NCBI GenBank assembly: GCA_030704615.1 | Contig: CM060733.1 | Span: forward strand, 54,622,001 to 54,686,000 | Direction of reading: 5' to 3' | Source: Takakia lepidozioides | Taxonomy: Eukaryota; Plantae; Bryophyta | DNA length: 64,000 bases | Part shown: piece by piece, positions 58,050 to 64,000 of the stretch | Layout of the letters: every line of letters starts with the position of its first letter | Numbering within the stretch: the stretch's first letter is position 1 | Made by a program: the position numbers and the translations under genes | Notes under the pieces: model-generated | What the model saw: the letters and a program-made list of their open reading frames with translations, nothing else | Database searches by the model: none | Told to the model about the DNA's origin: nothing

Positions 58050-60590
58050 GCCCCGGATAAATGTTACCTCTATAAACGGCAAACTACCATAAATGTTAAG
58101 AAAATACTTACACACTAGCCAATGTTAAATGTTATCTGTTAACAACTGTTTACTCCCCTCTTTGTTAACTTCCCGTCAATAAATGTTAAGTGCACCATAA
58201 AGGCTTCACCTAACACGACATAATATTATAATAAAATTACATCCTAAAACATAACCAATCAGGAGACTAGAAAGTAAGTAGGAGGTAATACTAAAGCAAT
58301 CAAATCATAAGCAAATAAGTATGTTGAATCGTTGATCCAAGGAGTGTACGCTCCACATTTTGAGACTTGACATGGAGGTTGTTCCCGAGAGACCAGACAA
58401 GGAAGAACACATGCCTCACAGTGTAATTCCAGCCCCCCCCCCAGCATTCAAGGATGCCAAAATGGCCACAGCTACAATATTTCAATATTTGGAACAAAGG
58501 CCTTATGAAGTTATGAAAACTATTTTAGCCATGAAACGCCTAGAGAAAGAACTCGATGATATGCATATTAGAGATACTCATCAGACCACAAACGATTCAT
58601 AATTCCTAACAATGACTCCATATAATTACACTTTGTTTCACAAGTGTTAATTCCATAAATCTTATATTCTGTTAATGTGTTATAATTAACCCCTTCCTAA
58701 TTTGCTTTGGCTCGAAATTCTGGCATTTTCGGGGGTCAGATACAGTGTTTTTATTTCTGGCGCAATTTCGCACTTTTTCGACCTCAAAAATCAAAATCGA
58801 ATATTCTGTCGTAAATTCCCTATTTTCTTATGGATGAAATCGCCAAAATTCTCAAAAAAAATTTTCTTGGATGAATTCGCCTAATATGGATGATATACAT
58901 GGATGAAAGTACAGAGGAGGATGATTCTGTCCAAATTTCAGTGGATGAGCAGAAAATATGGCTATTTCCTGCAAAACTCAGTAGCCAGTCCTGTTCTTTT
59001 CAAAATTTGAAAAAAAAAACACTGGTCAGATTATATGCCATAATCTGCCGTCATAATCTGCTGGGTCTCCTATTATGACAAGGTGCCCTTATGATCTGAC
59101 GCAAGCAGCTTCTACCAGCGCAAGTTGTCCTCACGCTCACTCTCGTGCTACTAGATGTTGAAATTTGAACCCTGGATCATTCCGCATTCCTCGCCCACAC
59201 AAATTACGTACAGCAACGTCCATTGGTCGTCACGTCACCTGAGACAATCTGCCATAGAGCACTGGCGGCTCCGTCGCTCGCTGGCTCTTCGACAGATTAT
59301 TCCAGGTAACGTGGCTCCCAATGCACGTCACCTAATACATAACTGTTTATTGTGTTAACCGTCTAAATGTTACTTTATTTTCCTACTCCCGACTGTTAAC
59401 ATTTATCGTGGTGCAAGGTTGAGATGCATATCGTTGACAGTGGCCGCCACCTACCCCGCCAACACTCAGCACATGTGAGGCTGCTGATCTTGTGGTAAGT
59501 AGTACGCCAGAATGTTGCACTCCAAACTCGCGGTAGATAGGGACGAAATTTGGTGAGGGTCACTATTTTGAAGTCGCTCATCCCGTCCGAAATTGGCGGC
59601 CATGCTATATTGAAGATAGAGCGCCAAAAAACCCGCTCGTGCTCTATACAACACGCCACCCCTCTGAATATGGGTCACCCACCCTTGGCCAGCGGCTCTG
59701 GCAGCGTGCCGTCATGCAAGAGCGGGCCCCATACCCCTGGATCGTCGAGCCATCCGTAGGTACCCGGCCGACTAGGCCCCATGCAATCCTCGCCCTGTCA
59801 AGCAATCGTTTTGCATTGGAGATGACTGTCCGGTACTTATTCCTAGAGAGCAGATCTTCCAGATCTTCCTGCAGATGCTGCATGTTGCAGCTTTGGATTT
59901 TTGTTGAGAATCCAATGAGAACTTTGTGTTGAAGGGAAAGCACACTGGATGGCCGCTTAGGCGTTTAGTGGAGGTCATATTGATTGGGACAAGGAAAAAA
60001 CAACCTTGTGATGAATGGACAAGACTCTGAGCTAAGTAAGTATACCATGGCCGTCCAGAGCTGAGGCAATACCTACTATTCATCACACCATGGCAGCCCC
60101 ACTCATCTGAGTCTGAGCTGTTTGAGGAAACAAGTAATCTAAAATTGTCACCTTCCAACGACAACCCGCCCATTCATCAATGGTTAACTGTGATGCCTAC
60201 ATAGTGGAATCTGTGGCAATGGCACTGCCACCTTTTCCCCAAAAAAGAACCAAAACGGTCGAGGGACCACTTGCACTGTCGAATTTGAAATCCCGACAAT
60301 CGCTGGTACACTCCGTCTTGTGTGGGTATAGCATTGATGCACTTATGAGGACACTTGCAAAGGGTCCGTAGACGCCCAATTTGAAATCCAACAATCACCA
60401 GTGCTTCACACGCTCGGATAGTGCACAATGCTCGTGTGTGGGTGACAGCATTGATGCATTACAGCGTTGCCGAGGATGCACTGAATGAGCTTTTGCAAGC
60501 CAGGAGCTGTGCACCCTAATAGGTAAGTACGTAAGTACTGTTTCTTTGAGCAATCGAAGGGTGGTGAGAAATCAAACAAGACTTAGTGTG
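58050..60590. other. Unassigned insertion-like sequence between the hydrolase paralogues, with degenerate minus-strand ORF remnants
   Basis: AATGTTAA-type repeats at 58060-58190 and fragmented ORFs at 59396-60428; no family recognised. Confidence 0.3.
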
Positions 60591-60661
60591 CGGCCGATGT
60601 CCAAATGAGTCGTGAGGGGTATGTTCCTGTCTTGACAAGCTCTTCCCTGCCCAAGAAAGCC

Positions 60662-62105
60662 ATGGAGGCTGCGTACAGATGCAGAGATCTGCAGTCTTCG
60701 AGGCTTCTGGGGCTAGTTGGAGCTCTTTCTTTCGGAGTGGTGAGCTGGCTTACAATGGTTGTGATGGTAGGAGCCCAGGTAGCAGGAGCATCCCCTGCAT
60801 CTGTTCTCTTCTCTACCCAGATGGTCTCTATATCCTCAACTGAGCTTTCACCTCAACTGCATGACAAGTCAGCGGCTTTTTCGACTAGCACTTTCGGAGA
60901 GAAGTCGTGCCCGACAGACCCAAGATTTGATCATACCCACCAGGTAAGGTATGGTGTGGATGTGCTGTGGCAGATTCCCAAGAACCCCAAGGCTATTTTG
61001 TTTCTAGCTCACAGTGCAGGTGGTACGCCCTTGAGCTACTTTGATCGGTCGCCCAAGTGTCTCTCCTGTTATGGCCTCCCAGAGCACAGGGCAATTGTTC
61101 TAGAAGGGCTCGCTCGTGGGTATGCCTGCATTGCCATCCAAAGCGTTGGGTCGGAATGGGAGACTTGGCCGCCAGAGACCTCCACAGACAAAGTCGTTGT
61201 CACCAAAATCTTGAGTGAATGGATTCACGAGCATTCACTGGAGATGTTGCCCCTGGCAGCCACAGGGAGCTCAATTGGAGGAGATTTCACATCCATGATG
61301 GTACCCTTCCTGAATATACAATCTCTGGTAAGTCACTCGACCATCCTGCAAACCTTCAGGATTAGATGAAAGGGAAACCCAAGGATTGGTGAATCATAAC
61401 CTCCGTGTCAAAGGAAGCTCATTTCACGACGTCCTGCAAGATTTCCTATTCTACTTGTCACTCTGTGAATCTTACTATTCACGTGCTTTACTCGTTGAAC
61501 TGACTTGCCTTGTATCTGAAATTTTCTGAGTGAAGGTGGTTATGATCGCCAATGGAGCAAACGAAGTGATTGAAGCTGCAAACGAGATGTACCCACCCAC
61601 TCTCTTCATTCATATGCCCAAGGACTCTATCGAACCGCTTATCCAGCAATCATACCGTATATTGAAGGCCAAAGGAGTGAAGGTAGACATCATCGGATGC
61701 TACGAATTTCCAATCGACCCCCTATACTTCACCAAGCGCATTCCTTGCCTCAGCAACGAAACTTCAGAGAAGATATTCTCGGCATTGAAACTGTCCAAGT
61801 ACGTGAAGGATGACAATTATCTTGCTAAAAACCCAAAAGTTGACTCGAGCTGGGAAGAATCTGTTCGATTTTCAAAGGCGCTTCCCGATTGCGAGCCCAA
61901 CGTCCTCTGTTGGCGGCGGCATGTCAAGGAAGAGCTATCCATTGCTTACGCCAACCATGCCGTTACCAGTCTCACGAAAGTTCAGATGTTTGATTGGATC
62001 GATTCCACTGTCTTCCTCCCACAGAAGAAGACTCTCACTCATTCCAAATCCCAGTTTCCACTTTGGTCTCAGGATATTCCTACTGAGACTGCGGCTGCAT
62101 TGTGA
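60662..62105 (+). CDS. Alpha/beta-hydrolase-fold protein (At5g25770-like), copy 2, 2 exons (60662-61327, 61536-62105)
   Basis: Tandem paralogue of 56332-57869 with identical exon-1 length (666 nt); elbow GSSIGG. Confidence 0.85.
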
Positions 62106-64000
62106 TATATTGTCCCAGGATAAGTATCTAGTTTAGCTCCATGTGTATGGCAGCCCCACTCTGGCTCTTTGTGTTAGCCAGGGGCTCACTAGCTATATAG
62201 TGGGTGGAGGTTTACCCCATATAGAGATGTAGGCATGGACAGTTCAGGGCAGGTTCGCTCTGACCATGTTGGTGGGCATTTAGGAGCTTTGGAGTGAGTA
62301 GGGCAACTTGGGATGAAGTATCCCCCCCATAATTCACATCAGGAGCAGGAGCAGCAGTTATATGCTCCAAATCCAGAATGTGGAGGGCAGACACTCTACA
62401 AAATTCTGCAAAAAAGCCAAAAAGTACTGGTCAAAGGTAAATTTGTCATGGGATAATTGATCTATTTTCAATCTGCGGCATTTTCTTTTGCAATGGTGAA
62501 ATCTCCTGAAATTTTGTCACAACGTTCATCACGTCAGTAGAGATGACATTGTAGGGTTCAGCCCTGTGCATGTATGTGGGCAGGAAGATACAGACTGGCA
62601 ATGCAGGGTATATACACTTTCTGTCCAAAACTGCTGGACTTTAGCTTGTCCTGTAGGATTAATCTCACGTACATTGCCGATGCATTAGTGCGTAGTCTGC
62701 TGTTATCAAGCTTACATGCCACTTACATGAAGGTTCTGAAGCTGCCGAGAATCGGAAGTAGTGTATCTTCATCAGAGAACAGCCCAGAAAGTTACAGGAA
62801 AGTAAGAAAAACAGGTACAAATCTCGTGGCGGAAGAACTGCCATGTTCAATACTAAAATGGTTAGATGGCTGAATTATTGAGATATTAACTTCTTCAATA
62901 CGTCAACACAAATACATCTTCACAAATTTTGGAAGTGTGGGATCCACATCCAACCAAAACATGATAATAGCTTACCTAACAGTCATCACACTAAGAAATC
63001 AAACAGAGCATTTGAACTAAGGAGAACCATTTATTGTAGGACTACTATAAAACATTTGATACCCAATCAGGGTTTTAAGGATAACGATACATTATACCCC
63101 AATGACTACATTATATGTAGATGGACATGTTCCATGGATGTATAATGTAGTCCACAGGGTATAATGGAGCAGGGTGCATTCCTACCTTGCAAGCCCTGGT
63201 AAATGATTGTCTGTTTGGGCTCCTGACATGGTGGATCCCGTTCAATTGTAAGATTGATGCGTTGAACCGGAAACTTTGTCGTTCAGGCCAAGACCCTCTG
63301 TCATCAGCGCTACCAAGCAAGCTCTCCCACAACGTCTGAATAGGCCATCATGTCTGCACTCAACAACATTCAGGTGTCACAAGTCAGATCCCATCTAACC
63401 CTGGTAACGTTGTCATGTACAAGATCAAAGGGGGAGAAACGATTCTGAGGAAGTGCTGTACTAGAACTCAAACGATAGCTAGATTGCATTGTGTGTGCAC
63501 AAACTATGTCTTGATTTTCTGCTTCATTGAGTGATAACTGAGAAAACAAAGGGAGCAACTAACTATCTGCTACCTTTGAGCTGCTTCATTTGCTCTCTTA
63601 AATTCACCCACAGTTTCCATCTTCTGAGCATTCTTGATTCGGATGCCCCTACCTATTGTGATCTTGTTCATCACAATGGCAATCCCTGAGTGTGCTGCAA
63701 GAAGATGCTCATGTGCAGAGGTATGGCAAGGTCAAGTGGAAACACTTTCGCAAATTACCCTTTGGCTTCGGCTTGTGTCTTCTCTCTCTCTTTCTGCATG
63801 TTCCAAGCTTTGCTTTCCCATACACACCTGCTCTCCAAGACCTGTAATCTAACATGAGATTCCAAGAGATCTCACAGAAAAGCCGTACTACTGTGTACAT
63901 GGGGCAATGGAACAGTAGCTCAGCAGCAGTGAAATCTCATCCCTAGGAAATCCATGTCTGCTGAAGCTCCATCTTCAGAATTATCTGGTTGCTAGCCACT

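Noticed and set aside
62200-64000. Short ORFs or possible exons at the window end
   Set aside because: No recognisable domain or consistent exon chain.

Overview
Eukaryotic land-plant genomic DNA. It has GT-AG introns and PLS-class PPR motifs, and probably comes from a non-seed plant, though I cannot name the species. Host genes are a 13-exon GH1 beta-glucosidase (minus strand, 3' end runs off the window), an intronless cytosolic-type SHMT whose stop codon and 3' UTR are triplicated, and two tandem alpha/beta-hydrolase paralogues. Between them (about 12.1-55.8 kb) is a nested transposon complex. A CRE/R2-like retroelement is cut off by a ~42 kb Mutator-like element (MULE-A) with long inverted ends, a SWIM transposase and a convergent Ulp1-protease gene. 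MULE-A is interrupted by four insertions: (i) an 11.3 kb MULE (MULE-B, perfect 9-bp TSD) carrying a divergent spliced gene that reads as a ParB/Srx domain fused to a beta-class amino-DNA-methyltransferase-like domain, with arrays of a conserved 20-26 bp palindrome in two introns; (ii) a 7.8 kb Pack-CACTA full of captured PPR fragments; (iii) a hAT-like MITE; (iv) a CACTA transposase element carrying a SET-domain gene. The ParB-MTase cargo plus palindrome arrays in MULE-B is the best candidate for an undescribed system. All domain calls are by-eye motif recognition; no database search was run.
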